In this document: positions 47,601 through 54,408 of the stretch, piece by piece
How positions within the stretch are numbered: position 1 is the first letter of the stretch
How the letters are laid out: every line of letters begins with the position of its first letter
From: Christensenellales bacterium
GTDB taxonomy: Bacteria; Bacillota; Clostridia; Christensenellales; Aristaeellaceae
DNA: 64,000 nt
NCBI GenBank assembly: GCA_045112195.1
Contig: JBGUHQ010000008.1
Span: 14,285-78,284, forward strand
Direction of reading: 5' to 3'
Made by a program: the position numbers and the translations under genes
The notes under the pieces: model-generated
Databases searched by the model: none
What the model was told of the DNA's origin: nothing
The model's input: the letters and a program-made list of their open reading frames with translations, nothing else

Positions 47601-47969
47601 CCGGGAGATAATCTGGCGGCAGTTTGCCTCGTCCAGCAGGCCCTGGATCACGCTGTCAGGCGCGGACGCGTCCAGCAGCAGGGCATTGTGGCCGGAGCGG
47701 AGTACGCCCCAGTACAGGGACGGCCAGTCGTGGCAGGTGTCCACAGCGACGCCGACCCAGCCCTCGTCAGGCGCGAGCTCAGCGATGCAGGCGGCATAGT
47801 CGTCCGCCCGGTGGGTCATCTCCGCGTAGGTGCAGGAGAGTTCTTGCTCGCCCTTCAGCCACAGGGCCGCGGGGGCGTCCCCGTATTCCCGGAGGATTTC
47901 GAACAGGGTTGCCAGGGTTTTGTCAGCTTCCAGTCTTGCGCATACAGATTGCGCGTCGTAATTGCTCAT
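44679..47969 (-). CDS. tri-domain fusion: fatty-acyl-AMP/long-chain acyl ligase - acyl carrier protein - alpha-oxoamine synthase (PLP, class II aminotransferase)
   Basis: ANL motifs TSGTTGTSR (aa 161-169), YGMTE (351-355), TGD (428-430) and GRLKDVI (444-450). Carrier-protein motif LQGDSL (Ser625). AOS motifs SYNYIG, DEAHS and GTLSKGLG (Lys930). 1096 aa. RBS GGAAGGAGG. Confidence 0.85.
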   Translation of the reverse strand: MSNYDAQSVCARLEADKTLATLFEILREYGDAPAALWLKGEQELSCTYAEMTHRADDYAACIAELAPDEGWVGVAVDTCHDWPSLYWGVLRSGHNALLLDASAPDSVIQGLLDEANCRQIISRKPRALSGNVRQIDFKAVREAPRTIGFTPVWGEYTAMCTSGTTGTSRIFAYNGEAVCEQALNALTLYKTNPRIIHPDNRGRKTLAFLPFHHVLGFMGNVILAHFMGTASIYLQDRTPNSIINTCRHFPPNLLIMVPLVGNSLVRSVEKGLKKESKAKRSAYQSMKAISIMRQTVSPEAGLAWAQEKAFAALNEKLLGTEVDVLILGGSHTPNETLRTLNALGYYTVTGYGMTETGINGFELGMDLKHRLNGSVGKPLSSAEYRIVPEKEGEKVGELQIRGPGIHTARVVHGELLPPDTLAGGWLQTGDIAQLDASGRLYIRGRLKDVIINESGENVYPDDMEDAFASLRGVDQSCVVGFRRNRRDRNEDIVLVMNVGENYTDSQYLDKLAASVAAANSKLPLYSQLNRALVTPMRLPLVSGIKVKRIELKRMYEEGELSYRELDLHAQNAGAEVAAAAALETKSARHDEILKKVRSMYAEALEISESEITDNANFIEDLQGDSLQVLSIALKAEEEWGVTIPAEEYGQCATVLGMSQVVENLLDGGAAEGAKPKERVPVRPIFRFEDTPEYKHFLERQEALVGKGDNPYFVTHESPLLDTGIIDGKEVLEFGSYNYIGMSGRKEVKDAAKAAIDKYGTSASGSRLLAGEKQVHKDLEKEIADWKHTEDAVVCVGGHSTNVTFVGNFCGKNDLILYDALAHNSIEQGCKLSDATSRPFPHSDTAALETILKSQRAYYEKVLIVIEGAYSMDGDIAPVPEFVRIKKEYGCFLMVDEAHSACVIGKTGGGVDEYFNLKGDDIDIKYGTLSKGLGTCGGYLAGKKCLIDYLRYNMPGFVFSVGISPALAAGSLAAIRTLRSHPEIMEHLRIAIKAFADSARRRHLDICLAGETAVLPVLVGKDEDAWLLSNELKKRGVSVPPAMYPAVPKGKARLRFCVISEHKPEQIEQALDILEATAREFGIELPRRNYDKVEEES

Positions 47970-48084
47970 GAATGCCTCCTTCCGTCTGGTTCAGGAGCAT
48001 GTATTGACGCGACAGGGACGGGGAAGGGACGGATAATGGCGTATAAAATGAATAATCCTTCCGATGCCCAAATCACATCAGCAT

Positions 48085-48093
48085 ATTATAACA
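48085..48093 (-). promoter_or_regulatory. extended -10 element for the tri-domain gene
   Basis: Minus strand TGTTATAAT. No good -35. Confidence 0.35.
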
Positions 48094-48120
48094 CAAAATA
48101 TAGCGGAGAATGTTACAAAG

Positions 48121-48153
48121 GATTCACAATTCATAAGTCACAATTCATAATTA
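48121..48153 (+). repeat. heptamer tandem array GATTCAC AATTCAT AAGTCAC AATTCAT AATTA
   Basis: 4.7 copies. The only copy not abutting a CDS stop. Lies between divergent promoters. Confidence 0.75.
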
Positions 48154-48172
48154 AATAAGCGGAGAATTGGAG

Positions 48173-48201
48173 TTGTACGGGGCAGGGGAATATGGTATGA
48201 T
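48173..48201 (+). promoter_or_regulatory. promoter of the amylosucrase operon
   Basis: TTGTAC-17 nt-TATGAT with TG at -15/-14. Confidence 0.45.
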
Positions 48202-48287
48202 TTGTATATAAGACAGAACAAAAGAACAGACGTTAAAATCTGAAGACCCGTCAATAAAAGCATATCAAACAGCAGAGGTGTATGTTT

Positions 48288-50138
48288 ATGAGTACACAGG
48301 CCTGGAACGAGGAGTTTGCCGTCCGATTCGCCCGCCACGCGGACGAGCTGAAATGGCTCTATATGGAACTGTACCACAACGACCAGAAAGCCTGGGAATA
48401 CTTTACCGGGATGCTTTACCGCGCCTGGGAGAACCGCTCCGAAAGCCTCCGGATGATCGACCGGGCCCGGGAAGCCTGTCCGGAATGGTACCGGGGGCAC
48501 GACCTGGTAGGCATGCTGATGTATGTGAAGCAGTTTGCCGGAACGCTGCGGGGCGTAAAGGAAAAGCTGGACTACGTCCAGGAATGCGGCGTCAACTACC
48601 TGCACCTGATGCCGCTGCTGGAAAGCCCGGAAGGCCGGAGTGACGGCGGATATGCCGTGAGCGATTTCCGAAAAGTTCAGCCGGAGCTCGGCACGATGGA
48701 CGACCTGACGGACCTGTCGGAGGAATGCCACCGGCGGGGGATCTCCGTCTGCCTGGATTTTGTAATGAACCACACCAGCGAGGATCACGAATGGGCCCGC
48801 AGGGCAAGGGCGGGAGAAACGGAATTCCAGAACCGTTATTTCTTCTATGATTCCTGGGATATTCCCAACTGGTACGAACAGACCGTGCCGCAGGTGTTTC
48901 CAACCACGGCGCCGGGCAATTTCACCTGGTGCGAGGAAGCGAAGAAAGTGGTCATGACCATGTTCTATCCCTACCAGTGGGACCTGAACTACGCCAACCC
49001 GGCGGTGTTCAACGACATGACGGACAACATGCTGAACCTGTGCAACCACGGGGTGGACATTATCCGGCTGGACGCGGTGCCTTATATCTGGAAGGCGCTG
49101 GGGACCACCTGCCGCAACCTGCCGCAGGTGCATACGCTGGTGCGGATGATGCGGATGGCCTGCGAGATTGTCTGCCCGGGTACGCTGCTGCTGGGTGAGG
49201 TCGTGATGGAACCCAGCCGGGTGGTGCCGTATTTCGGCACGGTGGAAAAACCGGAATGCCACCTGCTGTACAACGTGACGACCATGGCGACCCTCTGGCA
49301 CACAGTGGCCACCCGGGATGTGCGGCTGCTGGAGCACCAGCTTGGTCAGGTGTTCGCACTGCCGAAGGAATATGTATTCCTGAACTATCTGCGGTGCCAC
49401 GATGACATCGGCTGGGGACTGGACTACGATTATCTCCGATGGAATTTCGGCTGGGAGGAAGTGCCGCACAAAAAGTACCTGAACGACTACCTGACCGGCG
49501 CTTTCCCGGGAAGCCGAGCGAGAGGCGAGCTGTACAACGACGACCCGCGGCTGGGAGACGCCCGGCTGTGTGGCACAACCGCGTCCCTGTGCGGAATCGA
49601 AGCTGCCCGGAAGGACGGCGGGGCGCGGGATATGGAGGAGGCAGTCCGGCTGGACGGCATGCTGCACGCGCTCATGTTTACCCTGAGCGGAGTACCGGTG
49701 CTTTACAGCGGCGACGAGATCGCGCAGGAAAACGACTATACCTACCACGATGATCCGCTGAAAGCGGAGGACAGCCGCTACCTGCACCGGGGAGACATGG
49801 ACTGGAAAAAAGCGGAGAGGCGAAACGACAAGGACAGCCCGGAAGGGCAGGTCTTCGCGGAGATCAGCCGCCAGGAGAAGATCCGGGCGAAATACGGCGT
49901 GTTTGACGACGACGCGGACGTGTGGGTCCTGAACACCGGAAACCACCAGGTGCTCGGCATCGGGCGGTATTACCGGGGCGAGAAACTGCTTGCATTGTTC
50001 AACTTCTCCAAAGACCCGCAGATGGCATGGGTGCACGACGTCAGCGTATTCAACGACCTGGCGAACGGACACCGCTGCAAGGCGGGCGCGGTGAAGGTGC
50101 CGGCGGGCGGATACCGCTGGCTGTACAAGAAGATGTAA
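48288..50138 (+). CDS. amylosucrase (GH13 subfamily 4-like)
   Basis: GH13 regions DFVMNHTS, GVDIIRLDAVPYIWK, LLGEVV and YLRCHDDIGW closely resemble Neisseria amylosucrase. ATG 48288 has better RBS spacing than ATG 48282. Confidence 0.8.
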   Translation: MSTQAWNEEFAVRFARHADELKWLYMELYHNDQKAWEYFTGMLYRAWENRSESLRMIDRAREACPEWYRGHDLVGMLMYVKQFAGTLRGVKEKLDYVQECGVNYLHLMPLLESPEGRSDGGYAVSDFRKVQPELGTMDDLTDLSEECHRRGISVCLDFVMNHTSEDHEWARRARAGETEFQNRYFFYDSWDIPNWYEQTVPQVFPTTAPGNFTWCEEAKKVVMTMFYPYQWDLNYANPAVFNDMTDNMLNLCNHGVDIIRLDAVPYIWKALGTTCRNLPQVHTLVRMMRMACEIVCPGTLLLGEVVMEPSRVVPYFGTVEKPECHLLYNVTTMATLWHTVATRDVRLLEHQLGQVFALPKEYVFLNYLRCHDDIGWGLDYDYLRWNFGWEEVPHKKYLNDYLTGAFPGSRARGELYNDDPRLGDARLCGTTASLCGIEAARKDGGARDMEEAVRLDGMLHALMFTLSGVPVLYSGDEIAQENDYTYHDDPLKAEDSRYLHRGDMDWKKAERRNDKDSPEGQVFAEISRQEKIRAKYGVFDDDADVWVLNTGNHQVLGIGRYYRGEKLLALFNFSKDPQMAWVHDVSVFNDLANGHRCKAGAVKVPAGGYRWLYKKM

Positions 50139-50182
50139 GGCCGGACCGTAAGCCCGGCAGACACATAACAGGAGAAAAACAG

Positions 50183-51121
50183 ATGAAGATCACAACCATT
50201 GGTGAAATCCTGATCGACATGACCCAGACCCATATTGAGAACGGCATTCCCCATTTCGCAGCCAATCCCGGCGGCGCGCCGGCAAACGTGGCGGTCGCAG
50301 CCGCGAGGCTGGGGGTTGAAAGCGCCTTTATCGGCTGCGTCGGCGACGATCTGTACGGCAGCCTGCTCCGGAATACGCTGGAAAAGAACGGCGTTTCAAC
50401 GGAAGGGCTGCAGGTGACCCCAAAGGCCAACACCACCCTGGCGATCGTTATGGTGGACGGGAAAGGGGAACGCAGTTTTTCCTTCTACCGGAAGCCCGGG
50501 GCGGACACCCTGATTGACGCGGAAAAGGCGGTCAGGGCCCTGGGCAATACCGGAATCCTGCATTTCGGAAGCGTGAGCCTGACAGATCCCGCGTGCCGGG
50601 AGACCGTGATTACCGTGATCCGGGCCGCGAAGGAAGCCGGCACGCTGATTACCTACGATCCGAATTACCGCGCCGCGCTGTGGGACAGCGAGGAAACCGC
50701 GGCGGAACAGATGCGCGCCGTGCTTCCGCTGTGCGATATCGTGAAGATCAGCGACGAGGAGACCCTGCTGCTCTGCGGCGTACAGGAACCGGAGGCGGCG
50801 CTGGAAAAGCTGACGGAGCTCGGCGTCCGCGTGGCTGTCGCCACGCTTGGAGCAAAAGGAGCCATGTGGCGCTGCGGCGATATGCGGGGAACGGTTCCCG
50901 GGTTCTCCGTGAAGGTTGCGGATACCAATGGGGCCGGCGATACGTTTTTCGGGTCTTTCCTGAGCCGGATTGCCGCCCGGGGCGGACTGGACGGCCTGAC
51001 TGAAGAAGAGCTCAACTGCTTCGTCCGGTTTGCCAACAAGGCCGCGTCGATCACGACGAGCCGGCCGGGCGCCATCCCGGCGATGCCGACGCTGAAGGAA
51101 GTTGAGGAAGCACTGAACTGA
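50183..51121 (+). CDS. fructokinase (PfkB/ribokinase family)
   Basis: GEILIDMT...ANPGGAPANVAVAAARLG and DTNGAGDTF. 312 aa. Confidence 0.85.
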   Translation: MKITTIGEILIDMTQTHIENGIPHFAANPGGAPANVAVAAARLGVESAFIGCVGDDLYGSLLRNTLEKNGVSTEGLQVTPKANTTLAIVMVDGKGERSFSFYRKPGADTLIDAEKAVRALGNTGILHFGSVSLTDPACRETVITVIRAAKEAGTLITYDPNYRAALWDSEETAAEQMRAVLPLCDIVKISDEETLLLCGVQEPEAALEKLTELGVRVAVATLGAKGAMWRCGDMRGTVPGFSVKVADTNGAGDTFFGSFLSRIAARGGLDGLTEEELNCFVRFANKAASITTSRPGAIPAMPTLKEVEEALN

Positions 51122-51149
51122 CCGGCCGTGACGGAAAAGGAGAAAAATC

Positions 51150-51974
51150 ATGAACCGGAAACTGATTTTCCTGGATATTGACGGTACCCTGACGCCCGCA
51201 GGAAGCAACGTGCCGCCGGAAAGCGCCATGACGGCTGTGCGGAAAGCGCAGGAAAAGGGCCACGTGGTCTTTCTGTGCACAGGGCGCAATCCCGCCATGC
51301 TGGCGCCGGTGTTCGCCCTGGGGTTTGACGGCGCGGTGGCCGGGGCCGGCGGCTATGTGTTTACGAAGGACGAAGTATTGTTTGACTGCCCGATGAAGAA
51401 AGAGGATTTCGAAACGGGCATGAGGCTGCTCCGGGAAAACGGCGTTTTCCGGACCATCGAAGCAAAGGACGCTACCTGGGGGGACGAGGATCTGGGCGAA
51501 TTCCTGGCGCAGGCAGGCGACGGGAACAGCGAACTGATCCGCTGGCGGAAAGCGCTGGCGGAGCAGCTGAACATCCGCCCGATGAGCGAGTATGACGGCA
51601 GCCCGATCTACAAGATCGTGATCATGTGCAAGGAAATGAAACAGCTGGAACCGGCAAAACGAGCCCTGGAGAAAGACTACAACTTTGTGGTGCAGGACCT
51701 GGCCGCCCGCGGCTGCCTGAACGGCGAACTGATCAACCGTCAGTTCGACAAGGGCAGGGGCGTCCGGATTGTCGCGGATCATTACGGAATCGACATCAAA
51801 GACACCATCGGTTTCGGCGACAGCATGAACGACCTGGAAATGATCGAAACCGTCGGGTATTCCGTCTGCATGGCAAACGGCAGCCCCGCCCTGCAGGCGA
51901 AGAGCAACCTGATCTGCCCGGCCGTGGAGGAGGACGGGCTGTACCAGGCGTTTGAACAGCTCGGACTTTTATAA
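51150..51974 (+). CDS. Cof-type HAD-IIB sugar phosphatase
   Basis: FLDIDGTLT and GDSMNDLEM. 274 aa. Confidence 0.85.
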   Translation: MNRKLIFLDIDGTLTPAGSNVPPESAMTAVRKAQEKGHVVFLCTGRNPAMLAPVFALGFDGAVAGAGGYVFTKDEVLFDCPMKKEDFETGMRLLRENGVFRTIEAKDATWGDEDLGEFLAQAGDGNSELIRWRKALAEQLNIRPMSEYDGSPIYKIVIMCKEMKQLEPAKRALEKDYNFVVQDLAARGCLNGELINRQFDKGRGVRIVADHYGIDIKDTIGFGDSMNDLEMIETVGYSVCMANGSPALQAKSNLICPAVEEDGLYQAFEQLGLL

Positions 51975-51975
51975 C

Positions 51976-52001
51976 AATTCAGAATTCATAATTCATAATT
52001 A
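51976..52001 (+). repeat. heptamer tandem array AATTCAG AATTCAT AATTCAT AATTA
   Basis: Starts 2 nt after the TAA of the HAD gene. Confidence 0.75.
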
Positions 52002-52075
52002 GGAACACACCATTTTGAATCAGCGAATTGGAGGAAGGAGGTTTTTCCGGATCCGCGTCAGACAGAAAAAACCAG

Positions 52076-52104
52076 TTTACGGATCCCGCTTTTTCCTGTA
52101 TAAT
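52076..52104 (+). promoter_or_regulatory. promoter of the PTS gene
   Basis: TTTACG-17 nt-TATAAT with an upstream TG. Confidence 0.5.
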
Positions 52105-52163
52105 TTTTCCAGATGGCAATGTAACACCCCGACAACAACATCATACAGACAGGAGGGAACCCA

Positions 52164-54011
52164 ATGGCTCTCGATTACCGGAAGTGTGCGGAGGAGATCT
52201 CAGCCGCGATCGGCGGAGGCTCCAACGTCATCAGCGCGGCACACTGCGCAACCCGGCTCCGCCTGGTCATTGCTGACAACAGCAAACTGAATAAGGCGGC
52301 GCTTGAGAACGTCGACGGCGTGAAGGGCATGTTCGAGTCCAACGGTCAGCTGCAGCTGATCATCGGCACGGGCACGGTCAACAAGGTCTATGACGAATTC
52401 CTCGCGGTGACCGGCGTTTCCGCTGCGTCCAAGGACGACGTGAAGGCGGCCGCGGTCTCCAAGATGCCCTGGTGGAAGAAACTGCTCAAGACCCCCGGCG
52501 ACGTATTCGTTCCGATCCTGCCTGCCATCGTGGCTTCCGGCCTGATGATGGGTATCGTCGAAGCGATCCCGAAATTCTGGCCGGCGTTCGGCAACAGCGA
52601 CTGGTTCTCTTTCCTGGACCTGGTTGCCAATACCGCGTTCGCTCTGCTGCCGGTGCTGGTCGCGATCTCCGCGGCGCGGGTATTTAAGGGCAACATTTTC
52701 CTTGGGGCCGTCATCGGCCTGATGATGGTCCATCCGGCGCTGATCAACGCCTGGAACGTCGGCAATTACGCGGCCGGGGAGATACCAACCTGGCACTTGT
52801 TCTTCTTTAACGTCCAACAGGTCGGCTATCAGGGGCACGTGATACCGGTTATCCTATCGGTATTGCTGATGAGCAAGCTGGAGATATGGCTGCATAAACA
52901 CGTGCCGGAAATGATTGACCTGTTTGTCACCCCGCTGGTCACGGTGCTGGTGACTTCCTTCGTAACCTTCACGATTATCGGGCCCATCTTCTCCATTCTG
53001 GAGAACTGGGTGCTGGAAGGCGCAAAGTGGCTGGCGAGCACGCTGTACGGCGCGGTGGTCATGGGCGCGATCTATCCATGGACCGTGGTCATGGGCCTGC
53101 ACCATATGTACAACGTCATCGAGGCCGGCATGATTGCCCAGACGGGACTGAACACCTGGATGCCCATCGCGTCCGCCGCGAACTTCGCGCAGTTCGGCGC
53201 CTGCCTCGCGGTTGCCCTGAAGGTGCATAACCAGAAAACCAAGTCTGTGGCTTTCCCGTCTTCGCTGTCCGCTTCCCTGGGCATTACGGAGCCGGCGATC
53301 TTCGGTATTAACTTCCGCTTTATGAAGCCGTTCCTGTGCGGCATGGCCGGCGGCGCGGTCGGTTCCCTGTTCGGCGCGCTGTTCAAGCTGGGCGCTCCGG
53401 TATACGGCGTGACCGGTATTCCCGCGATCCCCGCAGTGAACAATGTGCCGCTCTATCTCGTTGAGCTGCTGATCTCCGCCGGCGTGGCCTTCGCACTGGT
53501 ATGGATTATCTGGAAAGAAGAGACGCCCGCGGCGGCTCCCGCCGCGCCTGTTCCGGAACCCACGGCCATTGAAGTGCCGACTGTTTCCGTGATCCGCTGC
53601 GCGGCGGGTACGGTGCTGCAGCCCGTGAAGGGCAAGGTCATCGCGCGGGAAGCGATCCCGGACGACACCTTTGCTTCCGGTGTGCTGGGCGACGGCGTCG
53701 GCATCGAACCGGAGGACGATCTGGTGGTAGCCCCGTTCGACGGCGTCATCTCCTCCGTGGCAGAGAGCCAGCACGCGGTCGGCGTTGAAGCCAACGGCAT
53801 GGAAATGCTGATCCACGTCGGCGTGGATACGGTGAACATGCAGGGCGACGGTTTCACCTGCCTGGTCAGGGAAGGCGATGAAGTGAAAGCAGGCCAGCCT
53901 CTGATTCGTTTCAGCCGTGAAAAGATCAAGGCGGCCGGGTACAGCGATACCGTCGCGGTGCTGCTGACCAACTCCGACGACCTGGAAGGCGTTGAGTGCG
54001 GAGCCAAGTAA
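52164..54011 (+). CDS. PTS EIIBCA component, sucrose/beta-glucoside (Glc superfamily) type
   Basis: EIIB motif ISAAHCATRLRL, a polytopic EIIC domain, and a C-terminal EIIA-Glc (GDGVGIEP...HVGVDTV). 615 aa. Confidence 0.9.
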   Translation: MALDYRKCAEEISAAIGGGSNVISAAHCATRLRLVIADNSKLNKAALENVDGVKGMFESNGQLQLIIGTGTVNKVYDEFLAVTGVSAASKDDVKAAAVSKMPWWKKLLKTPGDVFVPILPAIVASGLMMGIVEAIPKFWPAFGNSDWFSFLDLVANTAFALLPVLVAISAARVFKGNIFLGAVIGLMMVHPALINAWNVGNYAAGEIPTWHLFFFNVQQVGYQGHVIPVILSVLLMSKLEIWLHKHVPEMIDLFVTPLVTVLVTSFVTFTIIGPIFSILENWVLEGAKWLASTLYGAVVMGAIYPWTVVMGLHHMYNVIEAGMIAQTGLNTWMPIASAANFAQFGACLAVALKVHNQKTKSVAFPSSLSASLGITEPAIFGINFRFMKPFLCGMAGGAVGSLFGALFKLGAPVYGVTGIPAIPAVNNVPLYLVELLISAGVAFALVWIIWKEETPAAAPAAPVPEPTAIEVPTVSVIRCAAGTVLQPVKGKVIAREAIPDDTFASGVLGDGVGIEPEDDLVVAPFDGVISSVAESQHAVGVEANGMEMLIHVGVDTVNMQGDGFTCLVREGDEVKAGQPLIRFSREKIKAAGYSDTVAVLLTNSDDLEGVECGAK

Positions 54012-54012
54012 T

Positions 54013-54045
54013 AATTCAGAATTCATAAATCAGAATTCAGAATTA
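54013..54045 (+). repeat. heptamer tandem array AATTCAG AATTCAT AAATCAG AATTCAG AATTA
   Basis: Starts 2 nt after the TAA of the PTS gene and ends 29 nt before the ptsH ATG. Confidence 0.75.
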
Positions 54046-54073
54046 AAATATCAGAATATGGAGGAAACAACAC

Positions 54074-54331
54074 ATGAAGTCTTTTGAGTACACGATTACC
54101 GATCCCGTAGGCATCCATGCCCGTCCCGCAGGCATCCTTGTGAAGAAGATCAAGGAATTTACCTCCACCGTTACGGTGATCAAGGGCGAAAAGTCCGTCA
54201 ACGCGCTGAAGCTGATGGCCCTGATGGGTATGGGCATCAAGCAGGGCGACACCGTGAAAGTGACGATCGAAGGCGCGGATGAAGATACCGCTGCCGCAGC
54301 CATCGAAGAGTTCTTCAAGGCCAACCTGTAA
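54074..54331 (+). CDS. ptsH: phosphocarrier protein HPr
   Basis: GIHARPA active-site His15 motif, and KSVNALKLM around Ser46. 85 aa. Confidence 0.9.
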   Translation: MKSFEYTITDPVGIHARPAGILVKKIKEFTSTVTVIKGEKSVNALKLMALMGMGIKQGDTVKVTIEGADEDTAAAAIEEFFKANL

Positions 54332-54340
54332 CCCGGTTAT

Positions 54341-54377
54341 AAACAAACGGCTGCCGCTGCGACAGCCGTTTGTTTTT
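54341..54377 (+). terminator. hairpin/partial terminator between ptsH and ptsI
   Basis: AAACAAACGGCTG-9 nt-CAGCCGTTTGTTT-TT. Confidence 0.5.
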
Positions 54378-54408
54378 CCCATGGAAATAAAGACGGAGGG
54401 TATAAAAA

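Noticed and set aside
44787-48158. 1123-aa plus-strand ORF antisense to the tri-domain gene. Similar long shadow ORFs occur at 15275-17590, 22762-24306, 24380-26188, 30767-34228, 48138-50072, 54337-56091, 55836-57632 and 61842-63638.
   Set aside because: The translations are Arg/Gly/Ala/His/Val-rich junk with no motifs and no RBS. Each lies opposite a gene with clear family motifs. Long stop-free antisense frames are expected at about 60% GC. The 30767-34228 ORF even crosses two intergenic regions and a promoter.
52040-52095. Direct repeat CGGATCCGC / CGGATCCCGC upstream of the PTS gene as a RAT (BglG/SacY antiterminator) site.
   Set aside because: It does not resemble the RAT consensus. No antiterminator (PRD) gene is in the window, and no terminator follows.
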